A DNA stretch of 64,000 nt, from assembly GCA_965223905.1 (NCBI GenBank), contig CBDCXV010000011.1, positions 736,001-800,000 on the forward strand, written 5' to 3'. Of the stretch, positions 15,649-27,518 are shown one piece after another. This DNA is from Candidatus Latescibacterota bacterium. GTDB taxonomy: Bacteria; Latescibacterota; UBA2968; UBA8231. The number at the start of each line of letters is the position of its first letter. Position 1 is the first letter of the stretch. The notes beneath the pieces were generated by a model. The model made no database searches. It saw only the letters and a list, made by a program, of their open reading frames with translations, and had not been told where the DNA came from. Position numbers and translations under genes: made by a program.

Positions 15649-16662
15649 TCATTCCTCCGCCAAGGCGCTTTCGGGCTCCTCGTCCAGCTCGACGTCCTCG
15701 AAGCGCGAGATGTCCATGCCCCACGCCAAATTCATTTCGTCGAGGATTTCGCCCAACTCGTTGAGCGACTTGCGCCCGAAGTTGCGAAACTTGAGCATCT
15801 CCGCTTCACTGCGCGAAACGAGTTCGCGAAGATTCGTAATCCCCGCGGCCCGGAGACAGTTTGCCGATCGCACCGACAGTTCGAGGTCGTCAACCGGCAT
15901 GGCGAGCAGCTTGGCAATGTGCTTTACCTGGTCATCGACTTCCCTCTCCGGATCGGGCACCGGTTCAGTCTGGAAATTTGCGATGAGATCCAAATGCTCG
16001 ATCAGAATCCTCGCGGCCTGCGCCATGGCGTCTTCCGGCCGCAGGGAACCGTCCGTCCACACCTGCAGATTGAGCCGGTCAAAGTCGGTGCGACGGCCGA
16101 CGCGAGCGTGCTCGATGTCGTAATTGACCTTTAGAACGGGGGAGAAGTTTGCGTCCATCGGAATGGTTCCGATCGGCTGTTCCGGAAGCTTGTTCTCCTC
16201 GGCGAACACGTAGCCACGCCCCCTGCCGACCGCTACCTCCATCTTCAGGTGTACCTCTTTGCCGAGGGTTGCGATGTGGAGATCCGGATTCAACACCTCG
16301 ACCGCGGAATCGACCGTAAGGTCCCCGGCGACCAACTCCCTCGGCCCCTTGGCCTCGATTTGCAAAACACGGTCCTCTTCTCCGTGGTAGCGGATGGCGA
16401 CCTCCTTGAGATTCAGCACGATCTCCGGCAGGTCTTCGCGAACTCCCTTGACCATGGAGAACTCATGCTGCACGCCCTCGACGCTTACCGACTTGATGGC
16501 GGCCCCCTGAATTGAGGATACGAGGACGCGTCTGATCGCGTGTCCCACGGTCACGCCGAATCCGCGCTCCAACGGCTGCATCGTAAACGAGCCGTAGGTG
16601 TCGGTAAGCGTGTCCTTGTCGACTTCAACGAGACGCGGCATCTGAAGACCATCTAATGCCAT
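15649..16662 (-). CDS. rpoA: RNA polymerase alpha subunit
   Basis: [29 protein letters not shown]. Confidence 0.99.
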   Translation of the reverse strand: MALDGLQMPRLVEVDKDTLTDTYGSFTMQPLERGFGVTVGHAIRRVLVSSIQGAAIKSVSVEGVQHEFSMVKGVREDLPEIVLNLKEVAIRYHGEEDRVLQIEAKGPRELVAGDLTVDSAVEVLNPDLHIATLGKEVHLKMEVAVGRGRGYVFAEENKLPEQPIGTIPMDANFSPVLKVNYDIEHARVGRRTDFDRLNLQVWTDGSLRPEDAMAQAARILIEHLDLIANFQTEPVPDPEREVDDQVKHIAKLLAMPVDDLELSVRSANCLRAAGITNLRELVSRSEAEMLKFRNFGRKSLNELGEILDEMNLAWGMDISRFEDVELDEEPESALAEE

Positions 16663-16754
16663 ATGGCTACTGACCCCCGGTTTGGTTTGGTTGTGAAAAG
16701 ATGGACGCTGTTTCGGCCACGAACTTGGTTCGCCCCGAAATCCGCTTCCGTCAA

Positions 16755-17381
16755 TTACACGCGTGAGTAGAATTCGATAACCAGCTGCTCTTCAGCCAGT
16801 GTGGGGATATCCTCTCTCGCGGGACGTTCCAACACTGACCCGCTCAGGTTCGCCTTGTCCACCGACAGCCAAGGAACCGTCTCGCGAGCGCGCCGCAGCG
16901 ACTCGTGAATAACCTCCAACTGGCGGCTTTTCTCCGAGACATCGATCACGTCACCCGGCCTCGTCAGGTAGGAAGGGATGTTGACGCGCCGGCCATTGAC
17001 CGTAAAGTGGTTGTGCTTGACCAACTGCCTTGCCGCCTTCCGCGACGGGGCGAACCCGAAGCGAAAGACCACGCTGTCGATGCGGCTCTCAAGCAGCCTC
17101 AAGAGGTTTTCTCCACTTACTCCCGGCACCCGGGTAGCCTCTCTGTAGTAGCCGCGGAACTGTCCCTCGCGGACGCCGTACATGCGCGCCAGCTTCTGCT
17201 TGGCGCGCAGCTGAACGCTGTACTCGGACTGCTTCCGCCGCATGCCCTGCCCGTGCTGCCCCGGTGCGTAGCTGCGTCGTTCGAAGGCGCACTTTTCGAG
17301 GCTGCAGCGCTCTCCCTTGAGAAACAGCTTGGTGCCTTCTCGGCGACAGAATCTGCAATTGGGCCCTGTGTATCTGCTCAC
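16755..17381 (-). CDS. rpsD: 30S ribosomal protein S4
   Basis: RYTGPNCRFCRREG, PGQHG, IEFYSR. Confidence 0.99.
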   Translation of the reverse strand: MSRYTGPNCRFCRREGTKLFLKGERCSLEKCAFERRSYAPGQHGQGMRRKQSEYSVQLRAKQKLARMYGVREGQFRGYYREATRVPGVSGENLLRLLESRIDSVVFRFGFAPSRKAARQLVKHNHFTVNGRRVNIPSYLTRPGDVIDVSEKSRQLEVIHESLRRARETVPWLSVDKANLSGSVLERPAREDIPTLAEEQLVIEFYSRV

Positions 17382-17413
17382 GTGAGTTCAGCCTTTCGCT
17401 CGTTTCGGTTACC

Positions 17414-17806
17414 TCACACGCGCCGCCGCTTTGGCGGCCGGCAACCATTGTGGGGAATCGGAGTGACGTCCCGAATCGCGGAGACCTCCAATCCCGCGTT
17501 CTGTAAAGCCCGAATCGCCGAATCGCGGCCCACTCCCGGACCCTTTACCCAGGCCTCAACCCGACGCAGCCCCATGTTGATAGCCTCTTGGGCCGCTCGC
17601 TCGGCCGCCAGCTGACCGGCGAACGGGGTCGACTTCCTGCTGCCTCGGATGCCGACCTTCCCGGGGGTCGCCCAGGAAATGACGTTGCCCTCAACGTCGG
17701 TCAGAGTGACGATGGTGTTGTTGAAGGTTGAGAATATGTGGGCTATTCCCAGCGCCTCGACCTTTTTCGACTTCTTGCGCCGCCGTCTCGCTTTTTCAGG
17801 TGGCAT
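17414..17806 (-). CDS. rpsK: 30S ribosomal protein S11
   Basis: [27 protein letters not shown]. Confidence 0.99.
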   Translation of the reverse strand: MPPEKARRRRKKSKKVEALGIAHIFSTFNNTIVTLTDVEGNVISWATPGKVGIRGSRKSTPFAGQLAAERAAQEAINMGLRRVEAWVKGPGVGRDSAIRALQNAGLEVSAIRDVTPIPHNGCRPPKRRRV

Positions 17807-17877
17807 TCGGTATCCCTTTGAAGGCAGTCAACTTCGGTTCGAAGGAGCCCTCGGTGTGATTTCGCCCCGCGAGGGAC

Positions 17878-18258
17878 CTACTTCCTGGGCGCCTTCTTCT
17901 TGCCCGCAATCGACCGCCCTGGCCCCTTGCGAGTGCGGGCGTTTGTGCGTGTGCGCTGGCCGTTTGCAGGCAATCCCCGCCGGTGTCGCAGTCCGCGGTA
18001 GCACCCGATGTCCATCAGGCGCTTGATGTTCATGTTGACCTCTCCGCGCAGGCTCCCCTCGACCTTGAACTTGCTCTCGATAATGTTCCGCAGCCGCGTC
18101 AGCTCTTCGTCGCTGAGCGCGTTGATCCGGGTGTTCGGATCGACGTTCGACTCGAAAAGGATCTTGTCGGACGATGTTCTCCCGATCCCGTAGATGTATG
18201 TCAATCCCACCTGTACTCGTTTGTCTCGAGGCAGGTCGACACCGGCTATACGTGCCAT
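17878..18258 (-). CDS. rpsM: 30S ribosomal protein S13
   Basis: [23 protein letters not shown]. Confidence 0.99.
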   Translation of the reverse strand: MARIAGVDLPRDKRVQVGLTYIYGIGRTSSDKILFESNVDPNTRINALSDEELTRLRNIIESKFKVEGSLRGEVNMNIKRLMDIGCYRGLRHRRGLPANGQRTRTNARTRKGPGRSIAGKKKAPRK

Positions 18259-18292
18259 GATCTCTCTCTCTCTCCTTGCAAGCTCTCCCAGC

Positions 18293-18409
18293 TTAACCCT
18301 GGCGCTGCTTGTGCCGCGGATTGCGCTTGCAAATCACTCTGACGGTCCCGTTGCGACGGATGATTCTGCATTCGGAGCAGCGCTTTCCTACTGATGCCCT
18401 GACTTTCAT
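18293..18409 (-). CDS. rpmJ: 50S ribosomal protein L36 (Zn-binding type)
   Basis: Manual translation [38 protein letters not shown]. Confidence 0.98.
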   Translation of the reverse strand: MKVRASVGKRCSECRIIRRNGTVRVICKRNPRHKQRQG

Positions 18410-18440
18410 TTCTCTACCTCTACCTCCGGCGGTTCTCGCC

Positions 18441-19790
18441 TCATTGGCGCCTTCCGCGAATCTTGCCGCCGCCCTTCATGAACCCCTCGTAGTGGCGGGT
18501 CATCAGCTGCGATTCCAACTGCTGCAGCGTATCGAGAGCGACCCCGACGATGATGAGCAGCCCCGTGCCGCCGAAGAACTGGGAGAAGGACTGGGTCACC
18601 TGAAACTGGCGCGTCACGAAAAAGGGGAAGATCGCCACCGCTGCGAGGGCGATGGCGCCCGGAAGCGTGATGCGCGTCATGATGCGATCGATGTACATCG
18701 CCGTGCGTTTACCAGGACGCACCCCCGGTATGAAGCCTCCGTGCCGCTTCATGTTGTCTGCGAGTTGATTCGGATCCATCACGATCGCGGTGTAGAAATA
18801 GCAGAAGAACACGATCATGGTAGCGTAGACCCCCCAGTAGAACAGGGAGTCCATGGTGAAGAAGGCCCCGAGCCACTGCATCATTTCGTTTTCCGGAAAG
18901 AACTGGGTCACCGTTCCGGGCAGAAACATGATCGACTGCGCGAAGATGATCGGGATGACACCGGCCGAATTGATGCGCAGCGGAATGTGAGTCGTCTGTC
19001 CGCCGTAAACCCGCCGTCCGACAACGCGCTTGGCGTACTGAACCGGTATCTTGCGCTGCCCCTGTGTCAGCAACACTACGAAGGCGACGATGACGACCAT
19101 CAGAGCGACGAGGAATATCTCCTCGATCAGGCTTTTGCTGAAGCCGCGGTTGAGCAGGTAGTTCTGCCACTCGCTCTTCACCGCGAAGGGCAATTCTGCC
19201 ACTATACCGACGAAAATGATCAATGAAATCCCGTTGCCGATGCCGCGCTCGGTTATCTGTTCGCCGAGCCACATGATGAAAATCGTTCCTGCCGTTATCG
19301 TCAGCATCGTCATCAGCCGGAAACCAATGCCCGGATCGATAACGGCATCGAGGCCCGAACCCGGGCCGCGTATGCTCTCAAGGAAGTAACTGACCCCCAA
19401 AGACTGGGCCGCGGCGAGAAACACGGTACCGTAGCGGGTGTACTGATTGATCTTGCGGCGTCCCTCTTCCCCTTCCCGTTGCAGTTTCTGGAAAAAGGGA
19501 ACCACCGCGCCCATCAGCTGCAGAATGATCGAGGCGCTGATGTAGGGCATGATACCGAGGGCGAAAACCGTCGCTCTGGTGAAGGCACCGCCGACGAACA
19601 TGTCGTACAGTCCGAACAGGGTGTTGCCCCCACCCGAGAAGAACTCCTGCAGCACCGCGGAGTTTACTCCCGGCACCGTAATCTGGCCGCCGATCCTGTA
19701 TATGATGAGGATCCCGCATGTAAACAGAATCTTCCGCCTCAAATCGGGAATCTTGAAGCAGTTTTGAAAGCTTTCGAGAAGAACCGGCAT
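18441..19790 (-). CDS. secY: Preprotein translocase SecY
   Basis: [43 protein letters not shown]. Confidence 0.99.
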   Translation of the reverse strand: MPVLLESFQNCFKIPDLRRKILFTCGILIIYRIGGQITVPGVNSAVLQEFFSGGGNTLFGLYDMFVGGAFTRATVFALGIMPYISASIILQLMGAVVPFFQKLQREGEEGRRKINQYTRYGTVFLAAAQSLGVSYFLESIRGPGSGLDAVIDPGIGFRLMTMLTITAGTIFIMWLGEQITERGIGNGISLIIFVGIVAELPFAVKSEWQNYLLNRGFSKSLIEEIFLVALMVVIVAFVVLLTQGQRKIPVQYAKRVVGRRVYGGQTTHIPLRINSAGVIPIIFAQSIMFLPGTVTQFFPENEMMQWLGAFFTMDSLFYWGVYATMIVFFCYFYTAIVMDPNQLADNMKRHGGFIPGVRPGKRTAMYIDRIMTRITLPGAIALAAVAIFPFFVTRQFQVTQSFSQFFGGTGLLIIVGVALDTLQQLESQLMTRHYEGFMKGGGKIRGRRQ

Positions 19791-19792
19791 GT

Positions 19793-20263
19793 TTATGCGT
19801 CAGGTGGCCTATTTTCCAGCCTTTCGGCGCTGCCCCCGGCTGCGTCGATTTTCTCCCTTGCCGAACTGGAAAACGCATGCGCCCTGACCTTCAATGGGCG
19901 ACTCAACGCGCCAGTTCCCAGAATCTTGACGGGAAGAGTCGCCTTGCGAATAAGCCCGGCGGCTTTCAACTCGGGAGGACCCACCTCCCCTTCGAGGCCA
20001 CGGGACTCGATCTCAGCGAGGTTGACAACCTGGTATACACGTTGAAAACGCTGGTTGGAAAACCCGATCTTGGGAAGCCTGCGGTACAGCGGCATCTGTC
20101 CGCCCTCGAACCCCACGCGGCTTCCGCGCCGTGCACCCGAACGGGACCGCTGTCCTTTGTGACCGCGGCCGGCGGTCTTGCCGGTGCCACTACCGACACC
20201 CTTGCCGCGGCGCTTGGTCGCTCGACGAGCCCCTTTCGGCAGCTTGAGATTACCCAAATCCAT
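19793..20263 (-). CDS. rplO: 50S ribosomal protein L15
   Basis: GRGHKGQ, FEGGQMPL. Confidence 0.99.
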   Translation of the reverse strand: MDLGNLKLPKGARRATKRRGKGVGSGTGKTAGRGHKGQRSRSGARRGSRVGFEGGQMPLYRRLPKIGFSNQRFQRVYQVVNLAEIESRGLEGEVGPPELKAAGLIRKATLPVKILGTGALSRPLKVRAHAFSSSAREKIDAAGGSAERLENRPPDA

Positions 20264-20296
20264 AATGTGAGAAACCGTGCTGTTTCCTTCGACCGA

Positions 20297-20482
20297 TTAC
20301 CCGTTGACGATCTCCTCGACTTCCAGGAGATGGGAGATCGACCTGATCATGCCCCTGATCTGCGGAGTGTCCTTGTGGAGCACCTCCTGATGCATTCGTC
20401 GGATGCCGAGGGCGTGCAGCGTCCGCTGCTGCTTCCTCGCCCTCCCGATAGCGCTCTTCCTTTGCCTGATCGCGAGTTTCAT
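20297..20482 (-). CDS. rpmD: 50S ribosomal protein L30
   Basis: KSAIGR...TLHALGIRR...IRGMI; operon position. Confidence 0.97.
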   Translation of the reverse strand: MKLAIRQRKSAIGRARKQQRTLHALGIRRMHQEVLHKDTPQIRGMIRSISHLLEVEEIVNG

Positions 20483-21024
20483 CGCAGGCCTTTGACCGCA
20501 ACGCCGCGCATTCTCGCCACCGCATCGACATCTCGGAGCTCGCGAAGACCTTCCATCGTCGCCTTGATCGTATTCTGCGAATTCGAAGAGCCGAGCGACT
20601 TGGTAAGGATGTTGTGAACTCCAGCGAGGTCGAGCACGATACGGATGCCGCCACTGGCGATTACTCCGGTTCCCGGAGACGCCGGTTTCAAAAGCACTTT
20701 GGCGGCGCTGAACTTGCCGACGATCTCATGGGGAATTGTTCCGTCGACTACGGGCACCTCGACGACGTTCTTCCTGGCGTTTTCGGTCCCCTTGCGTATC
20801 GCCTCGGCGACCTCGCCAGCCTTCCCCGAGCCCACACCGACATGTCCGTTGCGGTCACCGACCACAACCATGGCGGTAAAGCTGAAATTGCGCCCGCCCT
20901 TCCTCACGTGTGATACACGCCTGACGCTGTTCTGTACCACCACCTCTGCCAGTTCCAGATTGCCTGCGTCGATTCGCGCCAACTCCGGACCCCCAGTCGC
21001 TTTCTTTTTTCCGCCTGCGGTCAT
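20479..21024 (-). CDS. rpsE: 30S ribosomal protein S5
   Basis: [18 protein letters not shown]. Confidence 0.99.
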   Translation of the reverse strand: MTAGGKKKATGGPELARIDAGNLELAEVVVQNSVRRVSHVRKGGRNFSFTAMVVVGDRNGHVGVGSGKAGEVAEAIRKGTENARKNVVEVPVVDGTIPHEIVGKFSAAKVLLKPASPGTGVIASGGIRIVLDLAGVHNILTKSLGSSNSQNTIKATMEGLRELRDVDAVARMRGVAVKGLR

Positions 21025-21393
21025 TCAGAAATTCAACCCGCCTTCGCGGGCCCCATCGGCGACGGCCTTGACAATGCCGTGATACAGAAACCCTGCGCGG
21101 TCGAAAACCACGCGGTTGATCCCCTGCTCTTTAGCCTTTTCGGCGATCATCTTGCCAAGTTCGCGACCCTGCTCCACCCGCTTGGCACCGTTCTTTTCGA
21201 AATCTCGAGAAAGCGTCGAAATTCCTACGAGCGAATGTCCCGAGTGATCGTCGATGATCTGGGCTTCTATGTTGCGCAGGCTCCGGTGCACCACCAGGCG
21301 GGGGCGCTCCGGACTTCCGACGACCGTCTTACGTCCCCGGCTGCGCCGGCGCGCTCGTGCGGCTCTCTTCTTGGCAATCTTTCCCGGGTCCAT
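21025..21393 (-). CDS. rplR: 50S ribosomal protein L18
   Basis: RPRLVVHRS, VVFDRAGFLYHG. Confidence 0.99.
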   Translation of the reverse strand: MDPGKIAKKRAARARRRSRGRKTVVGSPERPRLVVHRSLRNIEAQIIDDHSGHSLVGISTLSRDFEKNGAKRVEQGRELGKMIAEKAKEQGINRVVFDRAGFLYHGIVKAVADGAREGGLNF

Positions 21394-21411
21394 CTACGGA
21401 AGTCCTCCGAC

Positions 21412-21969
21412 CTATGCGACCGCGGCTTTGCCGGCCTTCCAGTGGATGATTTCGCCTTCGTAGCGAATGCCTTTGCCCTTGTAGGGGTCGGGCTTGCGCT
21501 TTTGACGAATCTCGGAGGCCACCTGGCCGACCTTCTGTTTGTCTATTCCCGAGACGGCGATTCTCGCCTGAGCGCCGCCAACCGGATCGACAGCGGTGAC
21601 CTCGACGCCTTCCGGGGCCTCGTATTCCACGGTGTGGGAGTAGCCGATATGCAGAGTCAGCTTCCTACCCTGCTGCTCGGCGCGAAAACCGACGCCGTGT
21701 ACGTCGAGAAACTTCTGGTATCCGGTGATGACGCCGACAACGGCGTTGGCGATCAGCGAACGCGTAAGTCCGTGCAATGCCTTCGACTCCTTCTCATCGG
21801 AGTCCCTGGTGACAACGACAGTGGACTCGCCGGCCTCGACCGTAATTCTCTCGGCCCGATAGCCGACTTTGAGCTCGCCCTTTGGACCTTTTACTAAGAC
21901 CTCCGGCGGCGTCACGGCGACTTCGACTCCCTGTGGGAGTTCGATTGGTTGTTTGCCTACACGGGACAT
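21412..21969 (-). CDS. rplF: 50S ribosomal protein L6
   Basis: MSRVGK, PDPYKGKGIRY. Confidence 0.99.
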   Translation of the reverse strand: MSRVGKQPIELPQGVEVAVTPPEVLVKGPKGELKVGYRAERITVEAGESTVVVTRDSDEKESKALHGLTRSLIANAVVGVITGYQKFLDVHGVGFRAEQQGRKLTLHIGYSHTVEYEAPEGVEVTAVDPVGGAQARIAVSGIDKQKVGQVASEIRQKRKPDPYKGKGIRYEGEIIHWKAGKAAVA

Positions 21970-22011
21970 CTTCCTGCTCTCCAGATTTCGACTTGCCCTG
22001 CCTTCCCGGCG

Positions 22012-22410
22012 CTACCAGACACTGCAGAGAATCTCACCGCCGACCCCGGCCTTGCGCGCATCCCTGTCGGTCATTACGCCGCGCGACGTCGAGAGAATCG
22101 AAATGCCCAAACCGCTGCGCACGCGTGGAATTTTTCCTTTCGTCGCGTACTGTCTCAGTCCCGGCTTGCTGACTCTCCGCAATCCCTGAATTATGCTGAC
22201 CGAGTCTTCGCCGTAGCGCAGGTAAAGGCGCAACTGGCCCTGTTTCCCGTCTTCGTAGAAAGCGAAGTTGTCGATAAACCTCTCTTCCGCCAGAACGCGG
22301 GCAATTTCCCTCTTGAACTTCGAGGCGGGGATGTCGACACGCGGGTGTTTTGCGTGGCATGCGTTTCGAATACGCGTCAGGAGATCGGCAATCGGATCGC
22401 TCATACTCAT
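22012..22410 (-). CDS. rpsH: 30S ribosomal protein S8
   Basis: DPIADLLTRIRNA, STSRGVMT. Confidence 0.99.
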   Translation of the reverse strand: MSMSDPIADLLTRIRNACHAKHPRVDIPASKFKREIARVLAEERFIDNFAFYEDGKQGQLRLYLRYGEDSVSIIQGLRRVSKPGLRQYATKGKIPRVRSGLGISILSTSRGVMTDRDARKAGVGGEILCSVW

Positions 22411-22419
22411 CGCAATAAC

Positions 22420-22605
22420 CTACCAGCTCGCCTTGGTCACACCGGGGATCTCGCCCTGCAAGGCGAGCTCGCGGAAACAGATCCGGCACAATCCGAACTT
22501 GCGATAAACGGCCCGCGGTCGGCCACAGCGCTGGCAGCGAGTGTACTTTCTCACCTTGAACTTCGGTTCGCGGGCGGCCTTGATCAGGAGGCATTTCTTC
22601 GGCAT
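22420..22605 (-). CDS. rpsN: 30S ribosomal protein S14 (type Z, Zn-binding)
   Basis: RCQRCGRPR...LCRICFR. Confidence 0.99.
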   Translation of the reverse strand: MPKKCLLIKAAREPKFKVRKYTRCQRCGRPRAVYRKFGLCRICFRELALQGEIPGVTKASW

Positions 22606-22631
22606 TCGCTATCCGTTTCTTCGCGTTCTGG

Positions 22632-23180
22632 TCAGTTGGTGAACGGTGCCCCGAACTGCCGCAACAGCTCCAGGGCCTCTTCGTCGGTTGCGGCCGAGGT
22701 GACGATAGTTATATCCATGCCGCGAATGCGATCGATCGCGTCGTAATCGATCTCGGGAAAAATGATCTGCTCTCTGATCCCGAGCGTGTAGTTTCCGCAA
22801 CCGTCGAAGCTGCGGTTCGACAAACCGCGAAAGTCCCTGACCTGAGGCAGCGCGAAATTGACCAGCCGATCGAGAAATTCGAACATGATTTCGCGACGCA
22901 AGGTGACCATCGCCCCTACGGGCATTCCCTTCCGCAGTTTGAAGTTGGAGATGGCTTTCCTCGCCCTGCGAATCGTCGCCCGCTGGCCAGTGATGGCCGT
23001 GAGTTCGGCAACGACATTGTCGAGCAGCTTCGATTCCTGGGCTGCCTCGCCGACACCGGCGTTAACCACGATTTTCTCCAGCTTCGGCACTTGGTTGACA
23101 TTGTTGTATTCGAACTTTTCGCGCATAGCCGGAACAATGCGCCTTCGGTAATCCTCTTTCAGCCTAGACATCCGCGTCAT
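22632..23180 (-). CDS. rplE: 50S ribosomal protein L5
   Basis: [18 protein letters not shown]. Confidence 0.99.
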   Translation of the reverse strand: MTRMSRLKEDYRRRIVPAMREKFEYNNVNQVPKLEKIVVNAGVGEAAQESKLLDNVVAELTAITGQRATIRRARKAISNFKLRKGMPVGAMVTLRREIMFEFLDRLVNFALPQVRDFRGLSNRSFDGCGNYTLGIREQIIFPEIDYDAIDRIRGMDITIVTSAATDEEALELLRQFGAPFTN

Positions 23181-23494
23181 CCCGAGTCGATCATTTCGCC
23201 GCTACGCACCGATACCCGCATGCTGTGACCGTCTTCAAGACGCCGCTTCCTTATGCGCGTCGGCCGGTTCGTCTGAGGACAGACGATCATGACGCTCGAA
23301 GCATGGATTGACGCTTCGCGCTCCACGATTCCCCCTTGCGGATCCCGCTGCGTCGGTTTGGTGTGTTTCTTCATCATGCGTATGCCTTCGACGATCAGAC
23401 GATCTGTCTCCCGGAAGACCTTAAGCACCCTGCCCCTCTTTCCCTTCTCGTTGCCACTGATGACTTCTACCGTATCTCCCTGTCGGAAGTGCAT
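23177..23494 (-). CDS. rplX: 50S ribosomal protein L24
   Basis: [19 protein letters not shown] motif. Confidence 0.99.
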   Translation of the reverse strand: MHFRQGDTVEVISGNEKGKRGRVLKVFRETDRLIVEGIRMMKKHTKPTQRDPQGGIVEREASIHASSVMIVCPQTNRPTRIRKRRLEDGHSMRVSVRSGEMIDSG

Positions 23495-23653
23495 GTCAAC
23501 GCCCTCGCTAGTTTCAGGTCGCGGAGATATCCGGTGGCATCCCAGGTCCGGAGCGCAATGTCCGGATAGGGAACGGCGGAAGAGAAAACTGCCGAGATGC
23601 GAAGGAATCGACCGCGATACGCTGGTAATTTCCGAGACCCGGCACTGGGCTAT

Positions 23654-24022
23654 CTACACCACTTCAGGAGCCAGGGAGACGATGCGCATGAATTGGCGGT
23701 CTCTCAGCTCACGGGCCACAGGACCAAAAATGCGAGTTCCACGCGGCTCGTTGTTTGTGTCGAGAAGGACAGCGGCATTGTCGTCGAAGCGGATGTAAGA
23801 GCCGTCTGGCCGACGAAACTCCTTCTTCGTGCGCACGATTACGGCCCGACAGACCTCCCCTTCCTTAAGAGGGCCGTTCGGAGTCACGTCGTGTACTGCC
23901 ACGACAACCATGTCACCAACTCCAGCGTAACGCTTCCTCGAACCGCCGAGGACGCGGATGCATTTGCCTCGTCGCGCCCCGGCGTTGTCGGCCATCTTGA
24001 GGACAGAATATTCCCTTACCAT
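23654..24022 (-). CDS. rplN: 50S ribosomal protein L14
   Basis: [19 protein letters not shown]. Confidence 0.99.
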   Translation of the reverse strand: MVREYSVLKMADNAGARRGKCIRVLGGSRKRYAGVGDMVVVAVHDVTPNGPLKEGEVCRAVIVRTKKEFRRPDGSYIRFDDNAAVLLDTNNEPRGTRIFGPVARELRDRQFMRIVSLAPEVV

Positions 24023-24047
24023 TAGATGGTCGACCTCTTCAGTCCTC

Positions 24048-24320
24048 TCATTTCCCGCCCTGTGCTTTTTTTACAATCCCGATCAGTCTCCATCGCTTCG
24101 TGCGACTCAAAGGTCGGGTTTCACGAATGCGCACCACGTCGCCGACTTCGGATTGGTTCTTTTCGTCGTGGGCCACGAATTTGGCAATCCGCTTTATTCG
24201 GCGTCCATACAGTCTGTTTGCCAAACGTTGATCGATTTCAACGACGCGTGTCTTGTCATTTCGAGCCCGCACGATGGTGCCTTCGAAGATCCGACCGCCT
24301 CTGTCAGCTGCTTCTCTCAT
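24048..24320 (-). CDS. rpsQ: 30S ribosomal protein S17
   Basis: [24 protein letters not shown]. Confidence 0.98.
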   Translation of the reverse strand: MREAADRGGRIFEGTIVRARNDKTRVVEIDQRLANRLYGRRIKRIAKFVAHDEKNQSEVGDVVRIRETRPLSRTKRWRLIGIVKKAQGGK

Positions 24321-24365
24321 TCGTCTCTCACAGAGCGGCTAGCGCCGCTACGTTGCAATGATCTA

Positions 24366-24599
24366 TCAACTGCCCGCTTTTTCGTCCGAACCCGAGGGAA
24401 GCACGCGGATGCCGAGGTGATGCTCGCGCAGTACGGTGCGCACCATTGCGAGTTCACGCCGCACCTCCCGCAGCCTGATCGGACTGCTCAACTGACCCAA
24501 GGCGTGCTGGAACCGCAGGTTGAAACGCTCCTCGGTCAGCTCATCGAGGCGCCGGGTCAATTCCCTGACACTCTGTTCTCTCAGTTCACTCGATTTCAA
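24366..24599 (-). CDS. rpmC: 50S ribosomal protein L29
   Basis: [12 protein letters not shown]...VRRELA. Confidence 0.98.
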   Translation of the reverse strand: MKSSELREQSVRELTRRLDELTEERFNLRFQHALGQLSSPIRLREVRRELAMVRTVLREHHLGIRVLPSGSDEKAGS

Positions 24600-25012
24600 A
24601 CGCCGCCCGTCCGCTCGACGAATTTTGTCCTGATCGGCAGCTTGTTTCCGGCTTTCCGCAAAGCTTCCTTGGCCATCTCCAAGGGAACACCTGACAGTTC
24701 AAACATGATGCGCCCAGGTTTTACAACCGCGACCCAACCCTCGGGAGCCCCCTTTCCTTTTCCCATTCTCGTTTCAGCCGGTTTCTTGGAGATCGGCTTA
24801 TCGGGGAAGACGCGAATCCACATCTTTCCGGTTCGACTCATGGCGCGGCTAATCGCGATCCGGGCAGCCTCGATCTGCCGGTTGCTGATCCATCCCGGCT
24901 CCAGCGCCTTGAGTCCAAACTCACCGAACGAGACCATGGCGCCCCCCTTGCTCTGCCCTCTCATGCGGCCACGACTCTGCTTGCGCCATTCGGTTTTTTT
25001 CGGCATCAACAT
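24596..25012 (-). CDS. rplP: 50S ribosomal protein L16
   Basis: [15 protein letters not shown]. Confidence 0.99.
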   Translation of the reverse strand: MLMPKKTEWRKQSRGRMRGQSKGGAMVSFGEFGLKALEPGWISNRQIEAARIAISRAMSRTGKMWIRVFPDKPISKKPAETRMGKGKGAPEGWVAVVKPGRIMFELSGVPLEMAKEALRKAGNKLPIRTKFVERTGGV

Positions 25013-25022
25013 GGGTTGTGCA

Positions 25023-25694
25023 CTATCCCTGTCTTTGTCCGGTGACGTCGGTTGTCATTTCGTCCTCTTCGACGACCTCTCCATGGCAAATCCAGACCTT
25101 CACCCCTACCGTCCCAGATATCGTGAAAGCAGTCGCAGTGGCGTAGTCGATGTCAGCTCGGAGCGTGTGCAGAGGAACCCTCCCCGCGGGCTCAGAACGT
25201 TCGCGCCTGGACATCTCGGCTCCGCCGATGCGACCTGAGCAGACAATGCGGATTCCTTCGGCACCCATGCGCATCGACGATGCAACCGACTTCTTGATGG
25301 CGCGACGAAAGGCGACTCTCTGCTCCAGCTGACGTGCGAGGTTGTCCGCGACCAGTTGGGCGTCCAGTTCCGGTTTCTTCACTTCCTGAATATTCAGCGA
25401 CACGTCCTTGGCGGTCAGCTGCTTCAACTCGTCCCTCAGCTTGTCGACTTCGGCACCCCGCCGACCGATGGCGATTCCCGGACGCGCGGTGAATACTTCG
25501 ATTGTCACTCTCTTGGGACGGCGTTCGATGTTGATACGGGAGACACCGGCCCTTTGCAGGCGCTGGTGGATGTACCGACGCAGCATCAGATCCTCCTTGA
25601 GGAGTTCCGGGTATTCCTTGTCGGTAAACCAGTTGGAGCGCCATCCCTTGATGATGCCCAGCCTGAATCCGTATGGATGTGTTTTCTGACCCAC
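25023..25694 (-). CDS. rpsC: 30S ribosomal protein S3
   Basis: GTG start giving [13 protein letters not shown]; [13 protein letters not shown]. Confidence 0.99.
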   Translation of the reverse strand: MGQKTHPYGFRLGIIKGWRSNWFTDKEYPELLKEDLMLRRYIHQRLQRAGVSRINIERRPKRVTIEVFTARPGIAIGRRGAEVDKLRDELKQLTAKDVSLNIQEVKKPELDAQLVADNLARQLEQRVAFRRAIKKSVASSMRMGAEGIRIVCSGRIGGAEMSRRERSEPAGRVPLHTLRADIDYATATAFTISGTVGVKVWICHGEVVEEDEMTTDVTGQRQG

Positions 25695-26083
25695 TACTCC
25701 TGCCCTTGTTTTTTCACGTTCGCATGATTTGCCGCGGGACCAGTCTCGTCGGTTACGATGACGGTAATATGGCTGTGGCGTTTGCGGATCCGATGAGCGG
25801 CGCCGCGGGCGCGCGGTCTGATCCGCTTCAGGTCTCGTCCTTCGTCGGCGAAAACCGACCCGACGACCAAGTCGTCGGCGTCGACCGGGTTCTCTTCGTC
25901 CTGATTGATGGCATTGGAGATGGCAGAGCGTAGAGTCTTTTCGACGGTTTTGGCCACCGCTCTGTTCGAAAACCGAAGAATGGTTAGCGCCTCTTCCACA
26001 GGCCTGTTGCGGATCAGATCGATGACCTGACGCACCTTGGTGGCCGGAACGCCGACCTGTCTGGCAACTGCTCTCGCTTGCAT
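25694..26083 (-). CDS. rplV: 50S ribosomal protein L22
   Basis: LKRIRPRARG...SHITV. Confidence 0.99.
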   Translation of the reverse strand: MQARAVARQVGVPATKVRQVIDLIRNRPVEEALTILRFSNRAVAKTVEKTLRSAISNAINQDEENPVDADDLVVGSVFADEGRDLKRIRPRARGAAHRIRKRHSHITVIVTDETGPAANHANVKKQGQE

Positions 26084-26091
26084 CGGAATTC

Positions 26092-26379
26092 TCAGCGGAT
26101 TCCCGTGGTGCGCTCCGTTGCCCGGCCACCGTGACCACGAAAGGTCCTGGTCGGTGCGAATTCCCCGAGCTTGTGTCCGACCATATTCTCGGTGATGTAG
26201 ACCGGGATGAACTTGTTGCCGTTGTGAACGGCGAGCGTATGCCCGAGAAAATCAGGTGTTATGGTAGATCGTCTGGACCAAGTCTGCAGCACTTTTTTTT
26301 CGCCCGTTCTGTTCAGGTCTTCGATTCTAGCAGCCAGCTTGTCGTCGACAAACGGACCCTTTTTCACTGATCTGGCCAT
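26092..26379 (-). CDS. rpsS: 30S ribosomal protein S19
   Basis: [18 protein letters not shown]. Confidence 0.99.
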   Translation of the reverse strand: MARSVKKGPFVDDKLAARIEDLNRTGEKKVLQTWSRRSTITPDFLGHTLAVHNGNKFIPVYITENMVGHKLGEFAPTRTFRGHGGRATERTTGIR

Positions 26380-26400
26380 ATGCGTTCTCTGCCTGGCTGC

Positions 26401-27231
26401 CTACTTGACTCGGCGCCGGCGGACTATCAAGGCGTCCGACTTCTTGCCCCTGCGGCGAGTCTTGCGCCCCTTGGTAGGCTTACCCCATGGGGTCACGGGA
26501 TGCCTTCCTCCCGATGACTTTCCCTCGCCCCCGCCATGCGGATGATCGACCGGATTCATCACCACCCCTCGGACCTTCGGTCGCCTGCCAAGCCAGCGCG
26601 ACCTACCTGCCTTGCCGAGAACCACGTTGCGGTGATCCGCATTGCCTACTTGACCCAACGTAGCACGGCACTGCACCGGAACTTCCCGGATCTCGCCAGA
26701 AGGCATTCTCAACTGCGCCCGGCGTTCGTCTCTGGTCATGAGTTGAACCCCGACCCCGGCACTGCGGGCAAGACGGGCGCCCTGCCCGGGGTTCAGTTCG
26801 ATATTGTGAACCCTCGATCCAACGGGGATCCTCGATAAAGGCAATGCGTTCCCAACGGCGATCGGAGCCTCCGGGCCCGAGCTCACGAAGCTGCCAACGC
26901 TCAGTCCCTGCGGAGCGAGAATGTAGCGCTTTTCCCCGTCCCGGTAGAAGATCAATGCAATGAATGCCGAGCGGTTCGGATCGTATTCAATGGTCGCCAC
27001 CTTCCCTTCAACCCCGTCTTTGTCACGCTTGAAGTCGACAATCCGGTAGCGGCGTTTGTGACCGCCTCCGCGGCGGCGCATTGTGATGCGGCCCCGATTG
27101 TTGCGCCCACCGCTTTTTGACAACGCTGCAGTCAGGCTCTTTTCGGGAGATGAAGCGGTTACTTCATCAAAGGAATTGACCGTTTTGTAGCGCTGCGTCG
27201 GCGTGATCGGCCTGAATCTCTTGACAGCCAC
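26401..27231 (-). CDS. rplB: 50S ribosomal protein L2
   Basis: [22 protein letters not shown]. Confidence 0.99.
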   Translation of the reverse strand: MAVKRFRPITPTQRYKTVNSFDEVTASSPEKSLTAALSKSGGRNNRGRITMRRRGGGHKRRYRIVDFKRDKDGVEGKVATIEYDPNRSAFIALIFYRDGEKRYILAPQGLSVGSFVSSGPEAPIAVGNALPLSRIPVGSRVHNIELNPGQGARLARSAGVGVQLMTRDERRAQLRMPSGEIREVPVQCRATLGQVGNADHRNVVLGKAGRSRWLGRRPKVRGVVMNPVDHPHGGGEGKSSGGRHPVTPWGKPTKGRKTRRRGKKSDALIVRRRRVK

Positions 27232-27518
27232 TATACGGCCTCGAGGATTTCGATGGCGTCACCGGCGCGCAAGGTGATGTATGCTTTTTTCCACGCACTC
27301 GTGGAACCTGGGAACATCCCTTGCCTCTTGGGCTTGCGACGCACGTTCACGACCCTGACGGATTGGACCCTGACATCGAAGATCGATTCGACCGCGTTTC
27401 GGATCTGGATCTTGTTGGCCCGGCGATCCACCTTGAAAGTGTAGGTGTTCCGATCGCGTAGATTCGTCGCCTTTTCGGTGACGACGGGGGCGTGCAATAC
27501 GGTGCGTGGATTGTTCAT
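27231..27518 (-). CDS. rplW: 50S ribosomal protein L23
   Basis: PVVTEKA, ANKIQI, WKKAYI. Confidence 0.99.
   Translation of the reverse strand: MNNPRTVLHAPVVTEKATNLRDRNTYTFKVDRRANKIQIRNAVESIFDVRVQSVRVVNVRRKPKRQGMFPGSTSAWKKAYITLRAGDAIEILEAV

Noticed and set aside
18260-18276. (TC)n microsatellite upstream of rpsM as a phase-variation tract
   Set aside because: Short, and reads as a purine-rich SD spacer on the coding strand of an essential gene.
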